Shown piece by piece: positions 38,513 through 47,386 of a stretch of 64,000 nt of DNA; within the stretch, counting starts at the first letter, position 1, and every line of letters starts with the position of its first letter. The stretch comes from Candidatus Pacebacteria bacterium CG2_30_36_39. GTDB lineage: Bacteria; Patescibacteriota; Microgenomatia; UBA1400; PJMF01. The stretch is taken from NCBI GenBank assembly GCA_001873435.1, contig MNZB01000002.1:129620-193619 (forward strand). The letters run 5' to 3'. The notes beneath the pieces are model-generated. The model had not been told where the DNA came from. It worked only from the letters and a program-made list of their open reading frames with translations, and ran no database searches. A program made the translations under genes and the position numbers.

Positions 38513-39375
38513 TGAAAAAAACAAAGATAAGACCAGGTGTTTCAGCAATAATTCCTTCATATAAAGGTAGACATTTGATGGAGAAATACCTTTCTGCCCT
38601 ATTTGATAATTTAGAAAATAATGATGAACTAATTGTAGTGGAAGATACTGGGCCAGACGACACAGTACCTTGGATGAAAAAAGAATTTAAGATGAAAAGT
38701 GTCGAAGCCCCATTTGCTGGAGTAGATGCTTACAATGGTAGTTATAAAAAAGGAAATAAAAATATCTCTGTGACCTTGCTTTTTAATCAAGAGAATCAAC
38801 GTTTTGGTGAAACTTCGAATCGAGGAGTTAGAGCTGCTAAGCATAATCTAATTTTTTTGCTTAATAATGACGTTGCTCCTCATCAAAATTGTTTAAAACA
38901 CTTGGTTCCATATTTTGAAGATGACACGGTTTTTGCTGTTGGACCATTGGAAATTGAGCATGGCGAGAAAAAAGGTAAGAATAAAATTTGGTTTGAAAGA
39001 GGTATGTTTATTCATTCTGCTGGTGATGATTTGAAGAGCGGATCAACTGCCTGGGTAAGTGGTGGTAGTGGTTTGTTTGATAAGAAAAAATGGCTAGAAA
39101 TTGGTGGCTTTGATCATTTATTTTATCCAGCTTATTGGGAGGATATTGATCTTTCTTTCCAGGCTAGAAAACGAGGCTGGAAAGTTTTATTTGAAGAAAA
39201 AGCAATCGTTGATCATAATCATGAAACTACTAATGCTTCAGTTTTTGGTAAAAGAAAAATGGATCAAATGAGCTGGCATAATGCTAATAAATTTGTTTGG
39301 AAAAATGCAAATTTTTGGCAAAAAATTGCTCACATCCTATGGAAACCATATTGGATTTTGGTTTTAAATAAATGA
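38509..39375 (+). CDS. GT2 glycosyltransferase
   Basis: IIPSY, NRG, LLNND, GGFD..F.PAYWEDIDL...RGW. Confidence 0.88.
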   Translation: MMKKTKIRPGVSAIIPSYKGRHLMEKYLSALFDNLENNDELIVVEDTGPDDTVPWMKKEFKMKSVEAPFAGVDAYNGSYKKGNKNISVTLLFNQENQRFGETSNRGVRAAKHNLIFLLNNDVAPHQNCLKHLVPYFEDDTVFAVGPLEIEHGEKKGKNKIWFERGMFIHSAGDDLKSGSTAWVSGGSGLFDKKKWLEIGGFDHLFYPAYWEDIDLSFQARKRGWKVLFEEKAIVDHNHETTNASVFGKRKMDQMSWHNANKFVWKNANFWQKIAHILWKPYWILVLNK

Positions 39376-40967
39376 ATAAATTTGAAACTTTTAAATGTTC
39401 ATTGAGTGCGAAGAGTTTTCTACTGTTAACTTTATTGATTTTATTAATTGCCACTTCATTGCGTTTTTATGAACTAGGCAATATTCCTCACGGCATGACC
39501 TGGGATGAGGCAGCTATTGGTTATAATGGTTACGCTATTTTTACTACTCGTAGAGACGAATGGTTAAAAAGATTACCTATCTCTTTTTGGTCTTTTGGAG
39601 ACTATAAAGCACCATTTGCTATTTATTTAAATGGCCTATTTACTTTTTTATTTGGCATGAACTTATGGGCTGTCAGATTTCCTTTCGCTGTATCTGGGGT
39701 ATTATCTGTTCTAGGCCTAATATTATTTGTTAAACAATTTTTAATTGATGAAGAACACATAGAAGAAGAAACTGCCCGTTTTTGGGCTATCGTAGCTGGT
39801 GGATTTTTAACCTTTTCTCCATGGCATTTGCATTTTTCCAGAGCTGGATTTGAATCTGGAATGGCTCTAATGTTTTTAATTTGGGGCCTATATTTTTGGC
39901 AACGCTATTGGAACAATCAAAAACTTTGGCTGGTTCTGAGTGGTATTAGTTTTATTTTAGCGATCTACACTTACCATAGTGCCAAAATAACTATTCCTCT
40001 TCTAATTTTAATTTTAGTTTGGCAAAAAAGAAAAAAAATATTATCTAATTTAAAACAAATTATTATGGCTGGTTTGATAGCTGGAGGATTATTGACTCCT
40101 TTTATTTATGATTCTATTTTTGGCATGGGCTTACAAAGAGCTGGAACACTAGTTTTTTCTCAAGGCTTGAATATTTTTGTTTTGTGCAAAACCATTATTT
40201 TTCAAACCATAACTCACTTAAGTCCTAAGTTTTTATTTTTTGGAGAAACTACTACTCTAAGACACGGTGATGGGCATTGGGGAGTCTTATTAATAACAAC
40301 TGGTATTTTGGGTTTGGTGGCAATTTTTAAGTTTTTAATTAAACATAAAAAATCTCCACTTTTTTCATTAAGCACGGTTCTAATTGTTACTGGTTTATTA
40401 CCAGCGATACTTGGTACAGAAGTGCCTCACAGCAACCGTGCTTTATTAGCTTTGCCTGGGTTTTTATTATTGGCTGTTGTTGGTTTAAGAGAACTAGCTT
40501 GTTTTACTAATCCTATTATTCAGAGATCTATTTTGGGGAGTTTTTTATTATTCCATAGTTTATTGGCTATAGCTTATTTGCATGACTATTACACTATTTT
40601 TGCTAGAGAAAGTGCTACTGCATTTCAAGATGGATATTTGGAGGCTTTTACTTACTTAATTCCATTTGAAAAAGGCCAGAATGGTAATAATCAAGTTGAT
40701 AAGATTGTCTTTAGTAGTGATTATGGCCAACCATATATTTATGCATTATTTGCAAGAAAAACCAATCCCATTTGGTACCAAGGTGGTTCGCTAATTCGTT
40801 ATGAATTCAAAGATGAAGTTACCATCGGAGACTTAGAGCGAGAAAACACCATTGTAGTAGCTAGTAATAAAGATGATTTACTTGGTAAAAATGATAAAGC
40901 TGACAAAATAATTTATGGTAGTGATGGTTCAGAGAGATTTCGTATATATTTAAATCTGACTAAATGA
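39372..40967 (+). CDS. GT-C glycosyltransferase, 'DE...FGDxK' family
   Basis: LRFYEL..TWDEAAIGYN...SFGDYKAP, SPWHLHFSRAGFE, LRH, PHSNR. Confidence 0.86.
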   Translation: MNKFETFKCSLSAKSFLLLTLLILLIATSLRFYELGNIPHGMTWDEAAIGYNGYAIFTTRRDEWLKRLPISFWSFGDYKAPFAIYLNGLFTFLFGMNLWAVRFPFAVSGVLSVLGLILFVKQFLIDEEHIEEETARFWAIVAGGFLTFSPWHLHFSRAGFESGMALMFLIWGLYFWQRYWNNQKLWLVLSGISFILAIYTYHSAKITIPLLILILVWQKRKKILSNLKQIIMAGLIAGGLLTPFIYDSIFGMGLQRAGTLVFSQGLNIFVLCKTIIFQTITHLSPKFLFFGETTTLRHGDGHWGVLLITTGILGLVAIFKFLIKHKKSPLFSLSTVLIVTGLLPAILGTEVPHSNRALLALPGFLLLAVVGLRELACFTNPIIQRSILGSFLLFHSLLAIAYLHDYYTIFARESATAFQDGYLEAFTYLIPFEKGQNGNNQVDKIVFSSDYGQPYIYALFARKTNPIWYQGGSLIRYEFKDEVTIGDLERENTIVVASNKDDLLGKNDKADKIIYGSDGSERFRIYLNLTK

Positions 40968-42664
40968 AAAAAACTTTATTTATTTTTTTGATCGGCATCA
41001 TTACTTTCTTTGCTTTTGCAATTAGAGTTTTTCAACTTGAAAAATCACCACCAGCTCCATATTGGGAAGAAGTTGCTTTGGGTTATGATGCCTATTCAAT
41101 TTTGAAGACAGGCGAGGATCATCATGGCAATTCATGGCCGATTGTAGCTTTTGAATCTTTTGGTGATTGGAAGCCAAGCGGTTATTTTTATGCTTTGTTA
41201 CCTGCTATAGCATTGTTTGATTTAACTGTTTTTGCAGTACGCCTACCATCTGTATTGGCAGGGACTGGGATAGTGTTTTTAATTGGTTGGTTAATTTATC
41301 AGTGGCTAAACAATGTTAACGAGAAAAAAAGGTTTTTAATAAGTTTGAGTGGAATGTTTTTGGCTGCAATATCTCCATGGTTAATTCAATTTTCTCGGGC
41401 TGGTTGGGAAGTGAATTTGGCTACTTTTTTAATTCTCTTTGGAATTTGCACTGGTTGGGCCAGTGTTAAAAATTTAAAAGAAAAAAACACTTCTTTTATA
41501 CTTATCCTTTTGGCTTTAATTTCAATGATTTTATCAATGTATGCTTATCATGCCGCCAGAGTAATTGCTCCTGTTTTAGGTTTATTTTTGGGTGCTAGAT
41601 ATTTTTTATCCACCCTAAAAACTGAGCATAGTAAAATTTTTCTAAAAACAAGTATTTTATTTGTTATTGGGCTAATGCTTTTAACGCCTCTAATTAAATC
41701 TTGGGGGTCTCCAGTTTTAAGTCAAAGAATGGCTGAAACAACAATTTTTTCTAATATTACCATTATCGAACAAAGTAATTATTTTATTGGGTTACACGAA
41801 AATACTTGGTGGGCAAAGTTAGTTTATCATCGTTATTTTTTCTATCTAAGAACTATTGTTGAACAGTTTTTAGTTCATTTTAGAATTGATTTCTTGTTTG
41901 GGTCTGGAGATGCTATTGCTAGACATTCGTCTCAATATTTTGGTTTGTTTTATCCTTTTGAAATTATTTCTATTTTGGTTGGTACTTGGTTTATCATTAA
42001 AAACTTTAGTAAAGATAAAAGAAGTTTTATGTGGTTATGGTTAGTAATTGGTATCATTCCTGCTGCAATATCAAATCCAGTACCTCATGCTCTGAGAATT
42101 TTGCCCACAGCTCCGCTTTTTATAATTTTAAGTACTATCGGTCTTTGGCAAACTTTGGAATGGTTAAATGAACTGCCTTGTTTAATAAAACAACTTAAAA
42201 ACTTACGTCCTTATATTTTTACCTCTATCATTTTCTTGGTATATCTAACTAGTTTCATAGCTTTTTATCGCCATTTATTACTTGTTTATCCAGCTAGATT
42301 TTCTCAAGAATGGCAGGGTGGTTATGAACAAATGATCGCTGAACTTAATTTATTTAAACAACAAAACCCGCAGTTACCGATCTATATAACTAGAGAACAA
42401 GGTAGGCCGGCGATGTACTACTGGTTTTATAACAAGATAGATCCAACTGTTGTTCAACAAGAGAATTTTATTGTTAAGAAAGACCAGGGAGAGTATTTGG
42501 AGTTTTTAAATCTTCATTTTGTTAATTCGGTTGCAGAAGTAATTCAAACTCCAGCGATTGTTGTAGCCTCTCCTACACAGTGGCAAATGATCGAGCATAA
42601 AGACAATTTGATAAACATTATTTTTTTTGATAATCAAATCTGGCAAATTGGCATTAATCAGTAA
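40964..42664 (+). CDS. GT-C glycosyltransferase, 'DE...FGDxK' family (EE variant)
   Basis: YWEEVALGYDAYSILKTG...ESFGDWKP, SPW..FSRAGWE, PHALR. Confidence 0.86.
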   Translation: MKKTLFIFLIGIITFFAFAIRVFQLEKSPPAPYWEEVALGYDAYSILKTGEDHHGNSWPIVAFESFGDWKPSGYFYALLPAIALFDLTVFAVRLPSVLAGTGIVFLIGWLIYQWLNNVNEKKRFLISLSGMFLAAISPWLIQFSRAGWEVNLATFLILFGICTGWASVKNLKEKNTSFILILLALISMILSMYAYHAARVIAPVLGLFLGARYFLSTLKTEHSKIFLKTSILFVIGLMLLTPLIKSWGSPVLSQRMAETTIFSNITIIEQSNYFIGLHENTWWAKLVYHRYFFYLRTIVEQFLVHFRIDFLFGSGDAIARHSSQYFGLFYPFEIISILVGTWFIIKNFSKDKRSFMWLWLVIGIIPAAISNPVPHALRILPTAPLFIILSTIGLWQTLEWLNELPCLIKQLKNLRPYIFTSIIFLVYLTSFIAFYRHLLLVYPARFSQEWQGGYEQMIAELNLFKQQNPQLPIYITREQGRPAMYYWFYNKIDPTVVQQENFIVKKDQGEYLEFLNLHFVNSVAEVIQTPAIVVASPTQWQMIEHKDNLINIIFFDNQIWQIGINQ

Positions 42665-42727
42665 CTTTTCGTTATTTTTTTGTATGAGATATAATATGAC
42701 CTAGTTATATTATTTTGGAGTAAATAA

Positions 42728-43039
42728 ATGGCAGAAAAAAAACAGTTATTAGCAAGAGAAATTGAAGAAAGATCAAAGCCTTTTTTAGATGAACTAAAGA
42801 AGCGTGGCATGGAAAATGAAGCTGCTAATATCACTGAATGGATTAGAAAAGTTGCTACTGAAAACATGAATACTGTTTCTCATATGTTGTATTTATTGCT
42901 ACAAAACAAAATGTTTAATGAAATCGAAGATGAACAAGGTGAGCCAGCTGAAGCTTTAATGTTTCTTTTTAATTTAATGAGAGACGCTTGGACTTTAAAT
43001 GTGAGATTGGAAATGTTAGTAGAGGAATTAAAAAAATGA
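42728..43039 (+). CDS. Small helical hypothetical protein
   Basis: 103 aa; TATAAT and GGAG upstream; similar to the 43835 protein. Confidence 0.75.
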   Translation: MAEKKQLLAREIEERSKPFLDELKKRGMENEAANITEWIRKVATENMNTVSHMLYLLLQNKMFNEIEDEQGEPAEALMFLFNLMRDAWTLNVRLEMLVEELKK

Positions 43040-43281
43040 TTTTACTTGAAACCAAAACCAATGCTTTAGTTGAAAGCTTACAAGATGAGCAGATGAAGGC
43101 AAATATCTTGCAATATTTGTGGTGGATCACGGAAAAAGGTAGTGTTGAGGCATTGGATGAGTTTTTAAATTTTCTAGAAGTCGAAGATGTTAAAAATATT
43201 CTCATGGAAATTGATCCTAATTTATTTTTTGAAGTGATTTTACTGGCAGAGGAAATGCAAAGAGATTCTTTAAAAAGATAA
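43036..43281 (+). CDS. Small acidic hypothetical protein
   Basis: ATG 43036 overlaps the preceding TGA (ATGA), suggesting translational coupling. Confidence 0.7.
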   Translation: MILLETKTNALVESLQDEQMKANILQYLWWITEKGSVEALDEFLNFLEVEDVKNILMEIDPNLFFEVILLAEEMQRDSLKR

Positions 43282-43308
43282 AAAAAGAGCGAGGGGTTGC
43301 CTCGCTCT
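43281..43308 (-). terminator. Intrinsic terminator
   Basis: 9-bp stem AGAGCGAGG/CCTCGCTCT followed by a T-run on the minus strand. Confidence 0.85.
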
Positions 43309-43320
43309 AGTTGTGGTTGC

Positions 43321-43677
43321 CTAAACTTTGAGACCTGGTTTTCTTGTATTGAGTAACCCGCGTGGGATTGCCCAATAAGCCAAAACTTTACCAAGTTCCT
43401 TGCCCAGAGTCAGTTCGTTGATCGCATATTCAAAATCATTTTTCCAAGGAAGAGCTTGAAGTTCTTCCCAGGTATAGATCCTGATATTAATCCATCTGAA
43501 GGCAGAGAGTTTTCTTTCCTCTACATTTTTTCGGATTATTGCGCCAAGCTCGCTGTCGCAGACAATGAAAATGCTGTTAAAGCGAGTGTCAAAAAGACCA
43601 GGGTAAAAAATCAAGGCTTTGAGTTTCTTGACATTGATACCAAGTTGTTCAGCAACCATCTCTCTAGTTATTACCAT
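43321..43677 (-). CDS. Hypothetical protein, possibly a degenerate minimal nucleotidyltransferase fold
   Basis: 118 aa with own TGATATAAT promoter, 5' hairpin, AAGGAG and terminator; GC higher than flanks. Confidence 0.7.
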   Translation of the reverse strand: MVITREMVAEQLGINVKKLKALIFYPGLFDTRFNSIFIVCDSELGAIIRKNVEERKLSAFRWINIRIYTWEELQALPWKNDFEYAINELTLGKELGKVLAYWAIPRGLLNTRKPGLKV

Positions 43678-43834
43678 TTTTACTCTCCTTCCAGCTTGCC
43701 CCGCGATGGGACAGCTGACTAAGCGGATTGAAACTAAAAAGATAGAACTAGTATTATATCATAATATTATAAGACGTTTGAAATTGGGTGTATACTATTT
43801 GCTAGTGTTAACCTGCCAAAGAAAGGGAGGGTTT

Positions 43835-44188
43835 ATGCCTTCTGAAGAACAAGGGTTAAGAAGTGTGGCTGAAGCTATTGCTAAAGCGATGCGAGAAAAA
43901 GGACTTGAGCCTCAAGCCGAGTCGATGATGTCTATGGTGGACAAGGCTGAAGAACTAGATCCAATGATGATTGTTTATTTGAATAATTTTCTTTATCGAA
44001 ATGAGCTAAAAGCTGTAAAGGAAGACGAAAGTACCAAAGAAGCTTTCAAATTACTTCAATCTATTGTTGCTGGCATGATGGCTGAAATTGTTGAGCATCT
44101 TGACCATATTTTGTTGACTGAGGAAAATCCAGCTGAGGGTTTGTCTGCTGCAGCCAATGCTGTATTAGAGCGAAATCATCGCTCGTAA
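43835..44188 (+). CDS. Small helical hypothetical protein
   Basis: Likely start ATG 43835 after GGGAGG and TATACT; the track's 43619 start overlaps the opposite-strand gene. Confidence 0.75.
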   Translation: MPSEEQGLRSVAEAIAKAMREKGLEPQAESMMSMVDKAEELDPMMIVYLNNFLYRNELKAVKEDESTKEAFKLLQSIVAGMMAEIVEHLDHILLTEENPAEGLSAAANAVLERNHRS

Positions 44189-44190
44189 GA

Positions 44191-44219
44191 TTGACATATT
44201 ATAGGACTTATTGTAGAAT
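44191..44219 (+). promoter_or_regulatory. Near-consensus sigma70 promoter
   Basis: TTGACA-17 bp-TAGAAT. Confidence 0.8.
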
Positions 44220-44386
44220 GGGGGATTCGCTTTCATCAAGTGAAGACCCCATTTTTGCGTCTGAAACTTGAAATAGCGAGAGTCCTTTAACAAGACGAGA
44301 AAGTGTAAATCTTGTCAAGATAGATACCACTGAAATGGTGTCTATCATGGGCAAGATTTGCTCATGTCACAATAAAAGGAAATACC
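44220..44386 (+). promoter_or_regulatory. Structured 5' leader with boxA-like motif and 5' strands of long-range helices
   Basis: AGTCCTTTAACA (44281-44292); 44292-44304 complementary to 45525-45537; long hairpin 44307-44360; 44362-44368 complementary to 45514-45520. Confidence 0.65.
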
Positions 44387-45460
44387 GTGTTACGTTTTAA
44401 CAAATTTCTGTCCTTTGGGCTGTTGGTTGTCCTTATGGTTTTGCCGGCTTGTTCGCTGAGCAATCCTTTGGCAACTCCAGCCTCTACCGCTACCGTGGAG
44501 TCAGTAACGCCTACAAATGCGCCTCTGCCTACTACGGATCAACCGCTTGCAACTAAGTTTGCTCCAACTTCAACGTTGGTGCCGACTAAGTCTGCAACGC
44601 TGACCACAACACCACAAGTATATTCATTCAGTTACTTCAACAGTCTCCAGCAGTATGGCGATGTAACCATCTATAACCACCATGGTTATACGGTTATCAA
44701 TCCGCCATATTATTCGTTGATCATCCCTGGCGTAAGCCATATGCAACGAATGAGTATGCTCCATTTGCCCATTACATCATCAATTGAGGATGCCAAGGCA
44801 GTTGCCGAAGAGCTTTTTCCAGGGAGTGAAATCTACTGGTCTGGGCTTGAAATTGATGGCGACTTGCCAGAGGGCATGATGCGTGGACTGCCGGAAAATT
44901 GGCAGTATGGAAAAACCCCGATGTCATCGTGGACTTCCATTGCAGTTAACGAGAAAATTGATTGGACTCAGGAATGGGTCTCAGTCAAAGGTATCGTTGA
45001 TAAAGCACGCAAGGATGGCGTTCCTGCAGAATCAATCACTCTGAAATACAATCAATTCGGCTACTTTTTCGTGAAGTGCGCCGAAGGGTCTGAAACTGAC
45101 CAGGTTTACCCTGGCATTGACCCAAGTGAGGGATTCGTTTTTCAAAACTTTGTGATGCCTGGAGAAACGATTAACTTCGACTCCATGTGTCCGAAGGCGG
45201 TGATGACTGGCTCAGGCCATATCTTCACTGGGCTGAAAGGTACCACTCGCACTGAAAAACAAGCTTTCACCATCGCTCTTGCCAATGCCTTCTTGGAAAA
45301 GCTGTATAGCTATCAAGATGGTAATGGTAAGCCGATCGGGATGTGCTTGCTTCAATCAGAGCTGGGCGGCGCCTCAAATGCCAAGCGAATCTGGTTCGGC
45401 GACATGATGTATGCTCCTTATGGTTTCCTGCCTCCGCTGGAAGCCTGGACAACGAAGTAA
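44387..45460 (+). CDS. Putative lipoprotein with Thr/Pro-rich linker, high-GC orphan
   Basis: Signal peptide ending LPA-C22, then a T/P/S-rich linker and unrecognised domain; about 50% GC in a sampled line versus about one-third in flanks. Confidence 0.8.
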   Translation: MLRFNKFLSFGLLVVLMVLPACSLSNPLATPASTATVESVTPTNAPLPTTDQPLATKFAPTSTLVPTKSATLTTTPQVYSFSYFNSLQQYGDVTIYNHHGYTVINPPYYSLIIPGVSHMQRMSMLHLPITSSIEDAKAVAEELFPGSEIYWSGLEIDGDLPEGMMRGLPENWQYGKTPMSSWTSIAVNEKIDWTQEWVSVKGIVDKARKDGVPAESITLKYNQFGYFFVKCAEGSETDQVYPGIDPSEGFVFQNFVMPGETINFDSMCPKAVMTGSGHIFTGLKGTTRTEKQAFTIALANAFLEKLYSYQDGNGKPIGMCLLQSELGGASNAKRIWFGDMMYAPYGFLPPLEAWTTK

Positions 45461-45468
45461 TAAAACAG

Positions 45469-45495
45469 GAGGGCGGGTAGAAATTACCCGCCCTC
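45469..45495 (+). other. Strong 3'-UTR hairpin without a sense U-tract
   Basis: 11-bp stem GAGGGCGGGTA/TACCCGCCCTC followed by TCATGG rather than poly-T. Confidence 0.75.
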
Positions 45496-45595
45496 TCATG
45501 GATATTAACTTCGGACATGAAAAGACTTTCTCGTCTTAAACCTTTTTTTCTTAACCCTTTCTCAAGATTAAAGCACCAGGTATAATCATTTTTAT

Positions 45596-47362
45596 ATGGT
45601 GGTGGATTTACTCAATAAACAAATAACTTTAATTCTCAAAGAGCTTGGTATTGCTAATCCACAACTCAATTTTGAGCATCCTGCTGACGAAAATCACGGT
45701 GACTGGAGTACTAATGCAGCTCTGCAGTATGCTAAGCAACTACCAGATATAAATAACCCTAGAAAATTAGCTGAAATTATCGTTGAAAAATTAAAACCCT
45801 TATTAAAAGATATCCCGGAAATCTGGCAAGTTTCTATTGCTGGACCTGGATTTATCAACTTTTCTTTGGCTAGAGAATATTTCCGTACTGAAATTGTGAA
45901 GATGAGTGAAAAAGCTCCTCAGGAATATTTTGCCAAAAAGGCTAAAGAAAATAAAAACAGAAAAGTAATTGTAGAATATTCTTCTCCAAACATTGCCAAG
46001 CCATTCACCATTGGTCATTTACGCTCAACTATTATTGGTGATGCTGTAGCCAATCTCTATGAAGCTCTTGGCTGGCAAGTTTATCGAGATAATCATCTTG
46101 GCGATTGGGGAACTCAATTCGGTAAATTAATTTATGCAATTAAAACTTGGGGCAACCAAGAAGATATTGATAAATCTAAGCAGCCAATCAAAGAATTAGT
46201 TACTTTATATGTAAAATTTCATGAAGAAGCTGAGAAAAATCCAAATATTGAAGACGATGGAAGAGCTTGGTTTAAAAAGCTTGAAGAAGGTGATGATGAA
46301 GCTCATCAATTATGGCAGTGGTGCATCGATCTTTCATGGAAGGAATTTCAGAGTATTTATGGCGAGCTAGGTATTTCTTTTACAGAAAACAATGGTCGTG
46401 GTTTTGGAGAATCATATTTTGAAGACAAGATGAGTGAAGCTGTTGATTTGTTGGAAACAAAACTTGCTCCAGAAAAAGCCGTAGAGAATGGCGCTCATTA
46501 TGCTGAAGGTGAAGATGGGGCAAAATTAATATTTTTTAATAATGAAGAACTACCACCATTAATGGTAATGAAAAAAGATGGGGCTACTTTATACGCTACG
46601 AGAGACTTTGCAACAGACTATTTCCGTCTTAAGAAATATGACAATCCAGATCTAATTGTTAATGAAGTTGGTGCTGAACAAAGCTTGTATTTTCAACAAT
46701 TATATAAAGTTGAAGAGATATTGGGTTGGTATAAGCCTGGTCAAAGAGTCCATGTTAAGCATGGTCTTTATCGTTTTAAAGATAAAAAAATGTCTACCAG
46801 AAAAGGTAATGTTATTTGGTTGGCTGATGTTATTAGTGAAGCCAAGGAACGTGCTGAAGCTTTATCTCCAGATAAAAAACACATTACTCAAACCATCGCT
46901 ATTGGAGCTTTAAAATGGAATGATTTGCGCAGTGAAACAAATAGAGATATTGTTTTTGATTGGGATGAACTTCTTAGTATGAAAGGAAATTCTGGGCCTT
47001 ATGTGCAGTACGCCACAGTTAGGGCTAAGAGTATTTTGCGTAAAGCTGCTCTAGAAGAATTTTCTCCTGGTTATGGCGATGATGCTTGGAAGATGAATAC
47101 AGAAGAATTGAATTTGGCCAGACACTTAGATAGATTTGTAGAAACTGTGCAATTGGCAGCTAGTGAGTTTGCTCCTCATCATTTAGCTAGCTATTTATTT
47201 GAACTCGCTCAACGATTTAATGTGCTTTATAACACTCATAAAATTGTTACCGCGGAGAACTCAGATGCCAGAGAAAGACGTTGTGTTTTAACTCAAGCTA
47301 CTGTCAAAACTTTAGAGTATGGATTGTCACTCCTTGGTATTCAAACACCAGAGGAAATGTAA
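45596..47362 (+). CDS. argS: Arginine--tRNA ligase
   Basis: HGDWSTN, AGPGFINF, VEYSSPNIAKPFTIGHLRS (HIGH-like), GDWGTQFG, KMSTRKG, GPYVQYA, C-terminal PEEM. Confidence 0.97.
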   Translation: MVVDLLNKQITLILKELGIANPQLNFEHPADENHGDWSTNAALQYAKQLPDINNPRKLAEIIVEKLKPLLKDIPEIWQVSIAGPGFINFSLAREYFRTEIVKMSEKAPQEYFAKKAKENKNRKVIVEYSSPNIAKPFTIGHLRSTIIGDAVANLYEALGWQVYRDNHLGDWGTQFGKLIYAIKTWGNQEDIDKSKQPIKELVTLYVKFHEEAEKNPNIEDDGRAWFKKLEEGDDEAHQLWQWCIDLSWKEFQSIYGELGISFTENNGRGFGESYFEDKMSEAVDLLETKLAPEKAVENGAHYAEGEDGAKLIFFNNEELPPLMVMKKDGATLYATRDFATDYFRLKKYDNPDLIVNEVGAEQSLYFQQLYKVEEILGWYKPGQRVHVKHGLYRFKDKKMSTRKGNVIWLADVISEAKERAEALSPDKKHITQTIAIGALKWNDLRSETNRDIVFDWDELLSMKGNSGPYVQYATVRAKSILRKAALEEFSPGYGDDAWKMNTEELNLARHLDRFVETVQLAASEFAPHHLASYLFELAQRFNVLYNTHKIVTAENSDARERRCVLTQATVKTLEYGLSLLGIQTPEEM

Positions 47363-47386
47363 GGGTTTTTCTGCTACCATGTGCAT

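Noticed and set aside
43456-43722. Shadow ORF containing PGIDP..PSEG, echoing YPGIDPSEG in the 44387 lipoprotein
   Set aside because: It is antisense to a gene with promoter, SD and terminator, and DNA similarity is poor; likely coincidence.
43281-43765. Third boxA/long-range-helix cassette
   Set aside because: Only a 6-bp leader-trailer match and no CTTTAACA motif; it has an ordinary terminator.
44220-44386. Known riboswitch, T-box for argS, or self-splicing intron
   Set aside because: I could not recognise the conserved cores; the leader is over 1 kb from argS and no gene is interrupted. An Rfam search would be decisive.
45461-45471. AAACAGGAG after the cassette-1 stop, also present at 55452-55460
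   Set aside because: Short, and in different orientation relative to each ORF; cannot be distinguished from chance.
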